NCBI GenBank assembly: GCA_963932905.1
Contig: CAWVRN010000014.1
Location: 32,001 to 96,000, forward strand
Reading direction: 5' to 3'
Source: an uncultured Bdellovibrio sp.
GTDB lineage: Bacteria; Bdellovibrionota; Bdellovibrionia; Bdellovibrionales; Bdellovibrionaceae
Length of the DNA: 64,000 nt
Positions within the stretch are counted from its first letter, which is position 1. Each line of letters opens with the position of its first letter. Shown piece after piece: positions 19,040 through 29,095 of the stretch. The notes beneath the pieces are model-generated. The model was not told the origin of the DNA and did not search any database. It was given only the letters and a program-made list of their open reading frames with translations. A program made the translations under genes and the position numbers.

Positions 19040-19061
19040 CAAAGTGTTAAACGAGGACCAT

Positions 19062-19538
19062 ATGAGTGATAAAATGCCCATGACCATTAACGGGAAAAAT
19101 ATGTTGGACCAAGAGTTAAAACGTCTGACGTTTGAAGAGCGTCCACGTATTATTAAAGCTATAGAAGAAGCTCGTTCCCACGGCGATATCTCTGAGAATG
19201 CCGAATATGATGCCGCTAAGGAGCGTCAATCGCTCATCGAGGGGCGTATTGGCGATATCCAAAATAAATTAGCTACGGCAGAAGTCGTAGATCCTAAATT
19301 AATCAAATCAGATAAAATTGTTTTCGGAGCAACCGTTGAACTTTGTGATCTAGATACCGATGAAAAGTCACACTATCAAATCGTTGGTGTGGATGAATCA
19401 GACGTAAAATTAGGCAAAGTTTCTATTTTATCTCCTATCGCACGTGCCTTGATTGGCAAAACAAAAGGCGATGTGATCGTAGTTCAATCTCCAAAAGGTG
19501 ACAAAGAATTCGAAGTTCTTGATTTTAAATTTGTCTAA
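19062..19538 (+). CDS. greA: Transcription elongation factor GreA
   Basis: ARSHGDISENAEYDAAK, SPIARALIGK; GAGGA SD before ATG 19062. Confidence 0.96.
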   Translation: MSDKMPMTINGKNMLDQELKRLTFEERPRIIKAIEEARSHGDISENAEYDAAKERQSLIEGRIGDIQNKLATAEVVDPKLIKSDKIVFGATVELCDLDTDEKSHYQIVGVDESDVKLGKVSILSPIARALIGKTKGDVIVVQSPKGDKEFEVLDFKFV

Positions 19539-19547
19539 TTCCTATAA

Positions 19548-21479
19548 TTGATTCCAGCTGTGGAATATAAAAACGATAGACGCCCAATTAAAGAAAATGA
19601 CCTGGTTTCGGAACAACCAGGTTTTTTTATTTTATTCATAGGTCTTATGTTTTCGATCATCGTGGGTTTGTCGATCAAAACGGCTGCTCAATCCGATTGG
19701 TTTCGGGCTCGTTTATCCGAAGCAATTTCTAACGTTGGTAAAGACTGGCGGATTCAGCATGGGACAGTGGGGCTCTATTTTCAAGATGGGATAAAGCCCG
19801 CAATTGGCCTTTATGCCAATGACGTGAAAATTGCGTCGGAATCCAGCTGTTATATGAAATCCGGCGGATTTGCACAGCGGGTAAAAATCCCCCTTTCGAT
19901 CATTAAATATCTTATCGATGGTCAACTGGTGAGTGAAATCGAAATACAAGATTTTAAAATTGAAATTACAGAAAAAACTCCCGTATGTAACACAAAAAAT
20001 GCAACGGCAGCTAGTAGTTTGGGTGTTGTTGAAGTAAAAAAGAAAAACCAGATCACTATTGTTGATCGTGTCGAGAAGTCGACTTTGCGCAATGAAATTG
20101 AACGCGTCAGAATCAACCGCTTAGAAGTTTATTATCCTCATGAAAAATATGACTATTTTTCATTAAAAAATATCGTTATTGAAAATCGCTCTTCGCATCC
20201 AAAAATTCTTTTTATGGAAGGGGATGTTGACTTAAATCCTTTAATTAAATCAGCTGACGGCAAGAAATTAGCGAATCTAAAAATTGAGTATAATGAATTT
20301 CCTGAGAAAACTATAAAGTCGAATCTTTTAGGATCGCTGCGTGAAGGATTCTTTTCTATTCAACTTGTTAACCGAATAGAAGATAAGAAATTTCAACTGC
20401 AAGCCGAATTAAAAAATGTTTCACTATCTTTTGTTAAAAGTTTTGCGGCCGAAGTTCCAAAAGATATTAATGTGAAATCTAATTGGGTTAGTTTGAAACT
20501 GTATGCTGAAGGTTTGGTGGATTCCCTGATGGCTTCGACTGCGGAAGTTAAAGACGTTGTAGTAAATGGAGATTTAGGTGAGTTTTCGATCGAGACCCTA
20601 AATTTTGCTCATGGAGTTGGGCAGGGACCGAATCCATTTGAGCTAAAAATGAAAGGTGTCGACTTGTCTAAGGTTTTCACGCTCAATGCGGGAATAAAAA
20701 TTCCAGACCAGATTGAAAGCATGGGTTATTTGGACGGTCAGATTAATTACCTGACAGATTCAGATATCAAGCTCAATGGTGCAGTGAAAGGATTAGAAGT
20801 TGTTTTCTCTGCCAATAGCAATAGAAAAACCGAAGTGGTAGGTGTTGATCGGCTAACGGGTGTCTGGTCAAAGAAACGACTACTTTTAGATGCGGCTGAG
20901 ATAAAAAACGAGCAAGGCGCAATTGACGGTGCTGTTCATTTAAAGACCGAAGACCTTAAGTCGTTTGAGCTTGATGCTTTGTTGAAAAATATAAAATTAG
21001 CGAGTGATGTTTCTGAATTGGTGACTGGTGTAGACGCGCCTCTGTTTGTAGATGAGGTCGGGTTTAAAGCTCAAGGTAATTCACATTCTGTAAATTATAA
21101 AGCTCAAGGTAAACTAAAGTCTGTTTCGCATCAGTATTTTGACATGGCTAACGTCGTTTTTTCTGTGTCGGGTAACACAAATAAAAGTCAGGAAATTGAA
21201 GTAAAGGCTGATCGCTGGCAGAATACAGAGAAGACGAAAAAAAGTCTGTTAACGTTCGGCTTGGAATTGCCTGAGATTGTAGTTAAACCGAAAATTAAAA
21301 TGACTCAGACATCAGAAGCGGCGCAATTGAAAATTGATTCACAGAGTTCGTTCAGGATGAATGCAGCTCTTGTTGGTGGAACTGACCGCAGAAACGATAT
21401 AAGCGGTGCGATCATCACAAAAGACCAAGAATGGAAGATTTATGGGACCCGAGACAATTTTAAAATCGATAAAAAATGA
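19548..21479 (+). CDS. Membrane-anchored beta-rich protein, possibly AsmA-like
   Basis: Single N-terminal TM followed by about 600 aa of amphipathic beta pattern. Confidence 0.55.
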   Translation: MIPAVEYKNDRRPIKENDLVSEQPGFFILFIGLMFSIIVGLSIKTAAQSDWFRARLSEAISNVGKDWRIQHGTVGLYFQDGIKPAIGLYANDVKIASESSCYMKSGGFAQRVKIPLSIIKYLIDGQLVSEIEIQDFKIEITEKTPVCNTKNATAASSLGVVEVKKKNQITIVDRVEKSTLRNEIERVRINRLEVYYPHEKYDYFSLKNIVIENRSSHPKILFMEGDVDLNPLIKSADGKKLANLKIEYNEFPEKTIKSNLLGSLREGFFSIQLVNRIEDKKFQLQAELKNVSLSFVKSFAAEVPKDINVKSNWVSLKLYAEGLVDSLMASTAEVKDVVVNGDLGEFSIETLNFAHGVGQGPNPFELKMKGVDLSKVFTLNAGIKIPDQIESMGYLDGQINYLTDSDIKLNGAVKGLEVVFSANSNRKTEVVGVDRLTGVWSKKRLLLDAAEIKNEQGAIDGAVHLKTEDLKSFELDALLKNIKLASDVSELVTGVDAPLFVDEVGFKAQGNSHSVNYKAQGKLKSVSHQYFDMANVVFSVSGNTNKSQEIEVKADRWQNTEKTKKSLLTFGLELPEIVVKPKIKMTQTSEAAQLKIDSQSSFRMNAALVGGTDRRNDISGAIITKDQEWKIYGTRDNFKIDKK

Positions 21480-22236
21480 CTGGGCCAGTTGGCCCTTAAT
21501 GTTAGGTAAGTTTTCTGATTGGAATCATGATTGGAAGTTGCCGAACGTACAAGCTCATCGTGGTTATCATCAAAACTCAATCGTTGAAAATTCACTAGAG
21601 GCATTGGCGGCGGCCAAATCGAATGGATATCAAATGGCCGAAGTGGATGTTCAGATCACTCGTGATGGAACTCCAGTATTATTTCATGATTTTAGTTTAC
21701 GTGGACGATATCGATTAAATGTGAACGTATCTGAATTATCCTATGCGGACTTAATACGTATCGGAATGTTTCCCAGATTAGAAGATGTGCTAATGACTAG
21801 TGACAGACCTGAATTTCTGAATATAGAAATTAAAAGCAAAAACTTCTATCAGTTTCCCGTAGAAGATGCTGTTGCTGAATTGGTAAAAAAACAGGATTGT
21901 GTAGATCGGATTATGGTTTCAAGCTTTAATCCGTGGGCTTTGTTGCGTTTGAAATTTTTGAATCGCGATATAACTCGTGCTTTGCTGGTGACGGATGAGC
22001 CAGAAATTTGGAATTTTTATTACCTTCGCCGTATGTGGACAGTGCCTTTGATTGAGCCTCACGTTCTCAACATCAGGTACTCTATGTTTAACAATAATTT
22101 AATTTCAAAATTAAAGAACTTTAATGTTTTGACTTCGGCTTGGACAGTTAATGATATTAATGTCGCAAAAGACCTTATGGCTTTGGGTGTTAATAGTATT
22201 ATTTCGGATACACTTAAGCCACAGAATTTAACATAA
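21406..22236 (+). CDS. Glycerophosphodiester phosphodiesterase (true start may be 21442 or 21499)
   Basis: AHRG, ENSLEA, EVDV, FHD, NIEIK, SSFN, AWTVN, IISD. Confidence 0.92.
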   Translation: MRSSQKTKNGRFMGPETILKSIKNDWASWPLMLGKFSDWNHDWKLPNVQAHRGYHQNSIVENSLEALAAAKSNGYQMAEVDVQITRDGTPVLFHDFSLRGRYRLNVNVSELSYADLIRIGMFPRLEDVLMTSDRPEFLNIEIKSKNFYQFPVEDAVAELVKKQDCVDRIMVSSFNPWALLRLKFLNRDITRALLVTDEPEIWNFYYLRRMWTVPLIEPHVLNIRYSMFNNNLISKLKNFNVLTSAWTVNDINVAKDLMALGVNSIISDTLKPQNLT

Positions 22237-22332
22237 GATTTCGACGTTTCATTATCAAACAAAACCATTCCCAACGTTCTTAATTGAACTGAAATCGGCT
22301 ATACTGTTTCTAACAGGATAACAGGAGCACCT

Positions 22333-22854
22333 ATGAAAATTTCAATCGTATTGCTATTACTGAGTTCATTGTCATTCGCAGAGCCCATTGCAGAAGTTGA
22401 GTTCAAAGCAATGGGGCAAAAGGTAACGGCCACTTCGAAAATCGTGAAAGGAAAAGTTGTTGTGCAAAACGGCGAATACATTCCTCAAAACGTTTCGGTG
22501 GATTTAAAAACGTTAACAACCAACATGGCACCTCGTGATGATCACATGAGAAATAAATATCTTGAAGTGGGTAAGTATCCAGAAGCGATCTTAACATCCG
22601 GTAAAGGCAAAGATGGCAATGGAATTGGAAAAATTAAAATTAAAGGTATCGAAAAAGATATCAAAGGCACATACAAGGCCTTGAACGATAAAGAAGTGGA
22701 AGCTAAGTTTGACTTAAATCTGCCAGATTTTGGAATCACCGGTATTCGATACGCTGGCGTAGGAGTTAAAGACAACGTCAGTGTGCGCGTCGTGCTTCCA
22801 TTAGAAAAAGGAGCAGCGACTGCGGCAGCTCCCGCTCCGGCAAAGAAAAAATAA
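22333..22854 (+). CDS. YceI family periplasmic lipid/polyisoprenoid-binding protein
   Basis: Signal peptide, L.T....RDDHMR..YLE..KYP, DFGI. Confidence 0.85.
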   Translation: MKISIVLLLLSSLSFAEPIAEVEFKAMGQKVTATSKIVKGKVVVQNGEYIPQNVSVDLKTLTTNMAPRDDHMRNKYLEVGKYPEAILTSGKGKDGNGIGKIKIKGIEKDIKGTYKALNDKEVEAKFDLNLPDFGITGIRYAGVGVKDNVSVRVVLPLEKGAATAAAPAPAKKK

Positions 22855-22855
22855 T

Positions 22856-23350
22856 TTAGATTGATCCGTCTTCGATATTCACAACTTCGGCGGCATCGCT
22901 GCCTTCAACGGCGCTCGCCGGAGCTGATGTGTCTTGTTGAGGTGCTACTTCAGTTGTCGCGCCTCTTACAGGCAAAGATTTTCCAGACGTTTTTTTAGAC
23001 GGTAGACCAGCGGATTTTACAGCTACCGATTTTGATGATCCTTTGCCTTTCTTTTTCATAACAATAGTAGCTTCATCGCCACCTTTGATTTCATCTAGTT
23101 GAGCTTTTTGAGTTAGGCTCATTTTCTTCATTTCACCGTCATAGTATGACTTTAGTTCCTGAAGTTTGGATTGGTATTCTTTACGAATTTCTTCAATTTT
23201 TTGTGTTCGAGATTCTTTTACGCACGACTGATAGGTCGTAATAGCCGTTTCTTTGGCTTGAACGCGGCACTCAGTATCAATCGAGTCCATTGAAGCAAAA
23301 CTTACATGAGCAGTGAGTAAAACAAGTAGAAAACGAACCATGGTAACCAT
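22856..23350 (-). CDS. Secreted hypothetical protein (disulfide-linked helices, low-complexity tail)
   Basis: Signal peptide, C-x13-C, coiled coil; AAGGGA SD favours ATG 23341. Confidence 0.7.
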   Translation of the reverse strand: MVTMVRFLLVLLTAHVSFASMDSIDTECRVQAKETAITTYQSCVKESRTQKIEEIRKEYQSKLQELKSYYDGEMKKMSLTQKAQLDEIKGGDEATIVMKKKGKGSSKSVAVKSAGLPSKKTSGKSLPVRGATTEVAPQQDTSAPASAVEGSDAAEVVNIEDGSI

Positions 23351-23494
23351 CCCTTTTGTCGGCGTTTGTAGCCATAAAATGGTTAGCGAAAATCGTGCCT
23401 TAGGAAACAGTCATATACAGGGTTTAATTCGGTTTTTAAAAACCAAAGTGACTAGAATGGTTACAGAGTCTGATCTTTTTACAATGTGGAAAGA

Positions 23495-24271
23495 TTATTT
23501 AATGAACAGATTTTTTTCAGCATCCGTCATTAATCTCCAGCGCCCTTCGGGTAAAGAACCTAACGGTAGCTTTCCAATGCGTACTCGTTTTAATCCAAGG
23601 ACCTCAAGGCCAACCATTTCACACATTTTTCTGATTTGGCGTTTCTTGCCTTCTTTAAGGATGAATTTTAATTGGTCTTCGTTTAACCACGATACGTGTG
23701 CCGGTTTTAAAGCTTCGCCATCAATAGATAAACCATGATTTAAAAGATCGAATCCTTCTTCTGTCAAATCTCCACGTACACGTACGATGTATTCTTTCTC
23801 GATATCTGAATCTTCGCCGATGATGGCTTTTACTAGTCGTCCATCATGAGTTAGAATAAGTAAACCCTGTGATTCTATATCTAGGCGTCCAACGACGGAA
23901 AGATTTTTCGGTGCATTTTCAATAGCGCGCCAGAAATCTTTTGGTAGATCGTTTTCAAGATCACCATGGAAGCGATCACCAGTAATTAAATCTAACGCTT
24001 GTTTGTAGCTACGTTCCGGTAAGTTAGATACATAGCCAACTGGTTTGTTTAAAATCACGGTGATTATCTTTTTCTGTGCGGCCATGGCTTCTGATTCTAA
24101 AGAAATGCGAACATCACGAGTCACTTTGTGACCCAGCTCGGATACTTTAATGCCATTGACATACACTTGGCCTTTAGAGATTAACTCGTCAGCTTCGCGG
24201 CGGGAACATAGACCCCGTTCGGACATTAATTTCGATAGACGTAGGATATCAGTAGTTGATTCGGTAGACAC
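23495..24271 (-). CDS. RsuA-family rRNA pseudouridine synthase (RluB/RluF-like)
   Basis: S4 domain RLSKLM..GLCSRREAD, LNKP.GY, GRLD, EGKKRQIRKM; GAGAGG SD before GTG 24271. Confidence 0.92.
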   Translation of the reverse strand: MSTESTTDILRLSKLMSERGLCSRREADELISKGQVYVNGIKVSELGHKVTRDVRISLESEAMAAQKKIITVILNKPVGYVSNLPERSYKQALDLITGDRFHGDLENDLPKDFWRAIENAPKNLSVVGRLDIESQGLLILTHDGRLVKAIIGEDSDIEKEYIVRVRGDLTEEGFDLLNHGLSIDGEALKPAHVSWLNEDQLKFILKEGKKRQIRKMCEMVGLEVLGLKRVRIGKLPLGSLPEGRWRLMTDAEKNLFIK

Positions 24272-24302
24272 GGTTAACCTCTCGGTAATGATGAGGCTCG
24301 GA

Positions 24303-24689
24303 CTATAGCGTAAGCTCCACAAAAATGGAATCCATTTCAAATAGACGAAGGCATTTCAACTGATAAGGGGCGGGTAATACGATTTGACCCTTAAAGTATA
24401 AGGAAATATTTTCAGTCGTTGGCACCAGATCTTTGAAGTAAGGTATATCAAAGTTCAAATGAGCATGGTCTATCTTACTGATAATCGGTTTAAGAACGGC
24501 CTGAATCGCAGAATGGGCAACTTCTATGTTTTGTTCGCCGATTTCAATTTCTACCTGAAGTCTGTAATTGTGACCATGGCCGTGTTCAGAGTAGCACTTA
24601 CCAAACGTATCTTTATTTTTCTGATCCGACCAATTTTTCTGATGATACAGATGGGCTGATGAAAATTCGTAAGTTAATGCAATCTTCAT
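24303..24689 (-). CDS. 6-pyruvoyl-tetrahydropterin synthase family protein (COG0720), PTPS-II-like motif
   Basis: FSSAH...FGKCYSEHGHGHNY, DH..LN, PTTENI. Confidence 0.9.
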   Translation of the reverse strand: MKIALTYEFSSAHLYHQKNWSDQKNKDTFGKCYSEHGHGHNYRLQVEIEIGEQNIEVAHSAIQAVLKPIISKIDHAHLNFDIPYFKDLVPTTENISLYFKGQIVLPAPYQLKCLRLFEMDSIFVELTL

Positions 24690-25429
24690 TTGATGTTGAT
24701 TCCGCCATCAACATCTAGAATAGCTCCTGTTGTCCAAGAACTTTGTTCTGAGGCTAAAAAATAAATAGCCTCAGCGATGTCACTTGGTTTTCCCATACGA
24801 GCCAGTGGTTGCAAGGAATGCATTTGTTCTAGTGTCTTCGCTTTTGTCGCCACGTCTAATTTGTCAAAACCATGAATGGGTGTTTCGACGATGCCTGGGG
24901 AAACGCAGTTGACTCGTATGCCGAATCCAGCCCCTTCCAGCGCTAGAGTTTTGGTCAAGTTTTGGATCGCTGCCTTAGACGCTGAGTACGCACTTGTTGA
25001 TGGGGTCGGTTTGTAGGCGAGGGTGGATGAAACCATCACAATAGAGCCCCTTTGCTTGCGTTTAAAGTGAGGAAATGCCATTGCACTCAGTTGGGCCACT
25101 GAGCTGACATTCACTTGAAACATAAGACGCCAATGGTCTGCGGTGAATTCGTCAATCTTTTGATATGAGAAAATTCCCGCATTATTCACAAGGATATCTA
25201 GCTGACTGAAATCAACTTTAGATTCTAGTGATTCGATTTGTTTGGTGTCAGATAAATCGCAGGTGATTATTTTTGAATTAGGTAATTGTTTATGGAGTTC
25301 GGAAAGGCGTTTTTCATCGCGTGCTAAGAGGTAGATGAAGTAGCCGGCTTGGTGAAATTTTTGAGCGGTGGCGTATCCGATGCCGCTTGAAGCACCAGTG
25401 ATAAGGGCAGACTGACCTGTTTGTTTCAT
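24686..25429 (-). CDS. SDR family oxidoreductase
   Basis: TGASSGIG, NNAG, YSASK, VDGG; 4-bp overlap with the PTPS gene. Confidence 0.92.
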   Translation of the reverse strand: MKQTGQSALITGASSGIGYATAQKFHQAGYFIYLLARDEKRLSELHKQLPNSKIITCDLSDTKQIESLESKVDFSQLDILVNNAGIFSYQKIDEFTADHWRLMFQVNVSSVAQLSAMAFPHFKRKQRGSIVMVSSTLAYKPTPSTSAYSASKAAIQNLTKTLALEGAGFGIRVNCVSPGIVETPIHGFDKLDVATKAKTLEQMHSLQPLARMGKPSDIAEAIYFLASEQSSWTTGAILDVDGGINIK

Positions 25430-25488
25430 GAGACCTCTTCCTATAAGGCCTCTATATTAGCTAAATTAAATTAAAAAGGGAACTATAA

Positions 25489-25716
25489 CTAAGCGGCTTT
25501 TTTCTTAGCAGCCATGAAATGCTGATATTTTTTATCAAAGTCTAAAGCTTGTTTGCCTTCTTTAGTGATCAAGCCAGCTTTGAACCATTCGAAATGCTCT
25601 GCGCAGAAAGAAGCGCGTGTGTGTTTAGCTTTACAGCCTTCAGCCTGGCAACGAGCATCAGCAAGAGATACGACATTGTTTGGTACTAGATTTGGTTTTT
25701 TGTCTTTGTCAGCCAT
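25489..25716 (-). CDS. Small basic CxxxxC-x9-CxxH zinc-finger protein
   Basis: AAGGAGG SD; CQAEGC...FCAEHF; Lys-rich ends. Confidence 0.75.
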   Translation of the reverse strand: MADKDKKPNLVPNNVVSLADARCQAEGCKAKHTRASFCAEHFEWFKAGLITKEGKQALDFDKKYQHFMAAKKKAA

Positions 25717-25885
25717 TAGAACCTCCTTAGGTCTTAATACGTTGATAGAGACCAGATCGGATCTATTACCTAAACCTTTAGAGGGTAATTACGATTTAAG
25801 CCTTTGAATTTGTCTACTATTTCGACAGTAACGACAAGATTTGCATTTCTTTAATATTAGTTCGAGTTGAGGTATAACTAGACCT

Positions 25886-26920
25886 GTGAAATTTTTGTTA
25901 TCGACGATTATTTTCTTCATTAGCGTAACAATGCAATCACTGGCAAGTGATTGTGGCTATGTCAATTTGTCAAAGTATTTTGGTAAACCTTATGATCAGC
26001 AAGACATCGGTTGGTGTTATGCTTTTTCCGCTTCGGATTTACTCACTTACAAGAATCGAAAAGTTTTAAATGGCCAAGCCATCTCCCCATTACACATGGC
26101 TTTGTTGCAAAACTTAAATGCTGCTGAAAAGATGAGTGCGGACTCTGGATCAGTAACTACAGCGATACGAATGGCTACCTATCCATTTGATGAGTCCAAT
26201 ACCAGTGCTTTTTTTAAAGGTGTGTGTTTAGCCACAGTCGATAAGGAACTCATTGATCCTAATGCTACGATTGGTCTTCGAAAGCAATTCACTCAATTAA
26301 GTCATTTAAAAACTGTGTATGATTCCTCGGTAGCCAAGCACGGCGGAAAGCTTTTTGTTGATTTTTATTCGAAAATTTTCCTGGTTAACCCGTTGGTTTA
26401 TAAAATTGACATAGTGTCACTACAGTCTATTCTGCGCGATTCACGCCCCACAGAAGTCGGTTTGAAATATTTAGATAGATTTTGTCCCTACTCAGGTCGT
26501 TTTAAGTCCCATACTTCTGAAAGTCCTTTGTTTTTCTACGTAGGCGGCGAAATTAACCATGTGCCGCAGAAAGGCCCAACCGTTACAACCAAAATTACCG
26601 ACCCAAAACAGATTTTAGAGATGGTTCATGCTCAGCTTGATATCGAAAACGTATCCAGCATAAACTATTACCCTGACTTTATGAGACGAGGCGGCTTTGA
26701 GAATAATCACACGGATCGACATGCATCGACGGTGGTTGGTCGCGAGAAGGTGGGAAATGTATGTCACATCATTATCAGAAATAGTTGGGGCGGCTGTAAA
26801 AATAAAAAAGGCGAATATTTGTATTCGCCCCATGTCAGCAAGTGCGAAGATGGTTATTTATGGGTGCCCGAAAGCAAGCTAGCAAAGCATCTTGAAGGAA
26901 TCACTTTTTTGAAGAATTAA
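25886..26920 (+). CDS. Secreted papain-like (C1) cysteine peptidase
   Basis: Signal peptide; DQQDIGWCYAF, HASTVVG, IRNSWG catalytic motifs. Confidence 0.88.
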   Translation: MKFLLSTIIFFISVTMQSLASDCGYVNLSKYFGKPYDQQDIGWCYAFSASDLLTYKNRKVLNGQAISPLHMALLQNLNAAEKMSADSGSVTTAIRMATYPFDESNTSAFFKGVCLATVDKELIDPNATIGLRKQFTQLSHLKTVYDSSVAKHGGKLFVDFYSKIFLVNPLVYKIDIVSLQSILRDSRPTEVGLKYLDRFCPYSGRFKSHTSESPLFFYVGGEINHVPQKGPTVTTKITDPKQILEMVHAQLDIENVSSINYYPDFMRRGGFENNHTDRHASTVVGREKVGNVCHIIIRNSWGGCKNKKGEYLYSPHVSKCEDGYLWVPESKLAKHLEGITFLKN

Positions 26921-27546
26921 TCACCAGGTTGAGTTAGCGGTAGCCGCATGCGGCCCCAGTTCACTTCTTCGAAATAGCGATCAGCAGCGTTTTGGCGATT
27001 GCGGTCGGCCATCAAAACAACATCTACGAACTTAGTTTTAGTTTCTTCATCTTTTGTGAAATCCAAACTATTCAACTTGACCTTAAAAGTAAATCGGCCT
27101 TTGTTGCTCGATGGAAATGGGATTGTTTGAACAGTATCGCCTTTAGCATTTTTAATTTCCACGCGAAATTTGCTGTACACTGTTTTTTCTTTAAAGTTTT
27201 GTTTTATTTCGTCAGTGATATCTTGAGTAAATTCCGTTTTGACGGATTTTAATTTCGACCATTTGTTTTTAGCGCACTCAACAAATTGAATTTCAAATTC
27301 AGCTGTAGTGATAGATCCTGATTTTTTAGAATCGATCATATTGAAGGTGATAGGTTGCAAGAAATTTGTGTTAGGTGGGCTTGATTCTGAACATTCGGCT
27401 CCAAATCCGCCAATTACCTTTACATTCGTCAATTCCTCCGACGCTGCTAGAGCGGGTCGAAGGATGGAAATTAACGTAACTAAATACATGAATTTAACTA
27501 GTAATGTTCTAATAGATACGATTTCGACAAAGTTATGTGTTTTCAT
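26917..27546 (-). CDS. Secreted hypothetical protein
   Basis: Signal-like segment ending ALA; two Cys; beta-rich. Confidence 0.65.
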   Translation of the reverse strand: MKTHNFVEIVSIRTLLVKFMYLVTLISILRPALAASEELTNVKVIGGFGAECSESSPPNTNFLQPITFNMIDSKKSGSITTAEFEIQFVECAKNKWSKLKSVKTEFTQDITDEIKQNFKEKTVYSKFRVEIKNAKGDTVQTIPFPSSNKGRFTFKVKLNSLDFTKDEETKTKFVDVVLMADRNRQNAADRYFEEVNWGRMRLPLTQPGD

Positions 27547-27590
27547 ATACCTAAATATATGTACAAACTATCGGCCACTCAATAAAGTGT

Positions 27591-29054
27591 CTAATATTGA
27601 GAAAAGTCAGCCATGTTGAGTTTATTAAATTTCAATTTTCGGTAGGGCTCACGAAGTAAAATAGAAAGTTCATATTTGCCGGTGGGAATAATCAGTGCAT
27701 TTGATTTTATGTATTCCAGGATGGAGTTACATAAGACTTTTTGTTTTGATTTGTTTTTTTCTATTTTTAATTTAGCAATGTTGTCCTCTAAGAATGCATC
27801 TGAAAACTGAAAAATATTCTCTGGATTTTCTTTCTCAAAGATTTTAACAGCCGAATAGCACAATGGGGTTTCTAACGGAATACCTTTGCGGAATATAGCT
27901 GGAAGTTCGGCTTTAAGTAAGCTGATGTAGGCTTTGTTTTCGATTTGTTTAGTTGTGACTTCTATGTCTAAATATTTTTTCCATTCCGATTTTAGCCATT
28001 CGGCGGTGCGCTGATGATCTTCACCACCTAAATGTGAATACGATAGATCGATCGGGGATTTGGGAGCCGACATCAACTTTCGTTTGGATTTTTTAATTTC
28101 AAAACATATAGGTTTATCTAAAGCGGTGGTGCTAAAGTCAAAACAACCGGGGCGGCCAGTTGAGTTTAGCAATTTTTGAAGTTCCTTATAGTCGATAACT
28201 TCGCTCATAGCTAAACGTGTGGGCTTGTCGATTTTTGCGAAATTAAATCCAAAATAATCAAACCGCAAAACTTCAACACCTAGGAACGATTTGTCTTTTC
28301 GCCATTGAGGAATTTGGGCTGTGGGTACGCGGCGAACTAGATCGATCTGATTTTTTGAAAATAGGGGGATTTGAATCGAATCATCCGAAATATAAACGAA
28401 CGACAGGTCGGGGCGGTGAGAATGGATGTGGTAGTTCGGATTGCTTTCCATTTTAATTTCTAAATTTTTTGAATCGTACTGTTTAATTCTATAAGGACCC
28501 GATGAAATAATCGGCAGTGAGATATTGAAATTCTTTTGTTTAACTGGTGCCGTCATCGGCAGAGCTAGCTTGTATTCAAATTCTGGGTCTGGTGACTCTA
28601 GTTCAAATTCAATTGCGCTTGGCGGATGAAATTTAATGCCCACCTTGGAAAATGTCTTTAAATCACCTTGAGCAAACTTGCGGGCGCCACGCACACTGAA
28701 TAGAGTTTCTTTGCGAGTAAAATCAGATTTTGGATCTAGTAAAAATTCGTAAGAAGCCAGAAAGTCTTTTGCTTCCATAGAAGATCCATCACTCCACTTT
28801 AATCCTGATTTTAATTGGCAGCGAAGTTTCCGTCGGCTTTTCCATTCGCATTTTTCTGCTAGGTCAGCAATAAGTTCATTGTTCTCGTTAATCCACAACC
28901 AATTGCGAAATAGTGCGTGGTGAATGTATGCGCCCGAAGCAGATCTTAAATTCAAGGGATTGATTTCTGTAAGTTCGTTCTGATAGGGAACTCGAAAGGT
29001 GCCGTTTGTAGACAGATTTGCAGAAGACATCGTTGGCGCGTAAATCAGCGTCAA
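27591..29054 (-). CDS. Peptide ABC transporter substrate-binding protein (family 5, OppA-like)
   Basis: DLAEK, LKWSDGS, SSGPYRI, NPNY; start may lie further upstream. Confidence 0.85.
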   Translation of the reverse strand: MTLIYAPTMSSANLSTNGTFRVPYQNELTEINPLNLRSASGAYIHHALFRNWLWINENNELIADLAEKCEWKSRRKLRCQLKSGLKWSDGSSMEAKDFLASYEFLLDPKSDFTRKETLFSVRGARKFAQGDLKTFSKVGIKFHPPSAIEFELESPDPEFEYKLALPMTAPVKQKNFNISLPIISSGPYRIKQYDSKNLEIKMESNPNYHIHSHRPDLSFVYISDDSIQIPLFSKNQIDLVRRVPTAQIPQWRKDKSFLGVEVLRFDYFGFNFAKIDKPTRLAMSEVIDYKELQKLLNSTGRPGCFDFSTTALDKPICFEIKKSKRKLMSAPKSPIDLSYSHLGGEDHQRTAEWLKSEWKKYLDIEVTTKQIENKAYISLLKAELPAIFRKGIPLETPLCYSAVKIFEKENPENIFQFSDAFLEDNIAKLKIEKNKSKQKVLCNSILEYIKSNALIIPTGKYELSILLREPYRKLKFNKLNMADFSQY

Positions 29055-29095
29055 CGACGTTAATAAAGAAACAGAATGACGTAAAAGGGTGCTAA

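Noticed and set aside
18869..19087. 72-aa minus ORF and the 34-aa N-terminal extension of GreA
   Set aside because: Overlap promoter/leader DNA; the SD supports ATG 19062
23313..23738. 141-aa plus-strand ORF
   Set aside because: Antisense to the pseudouridine synthase, with no motif or SD
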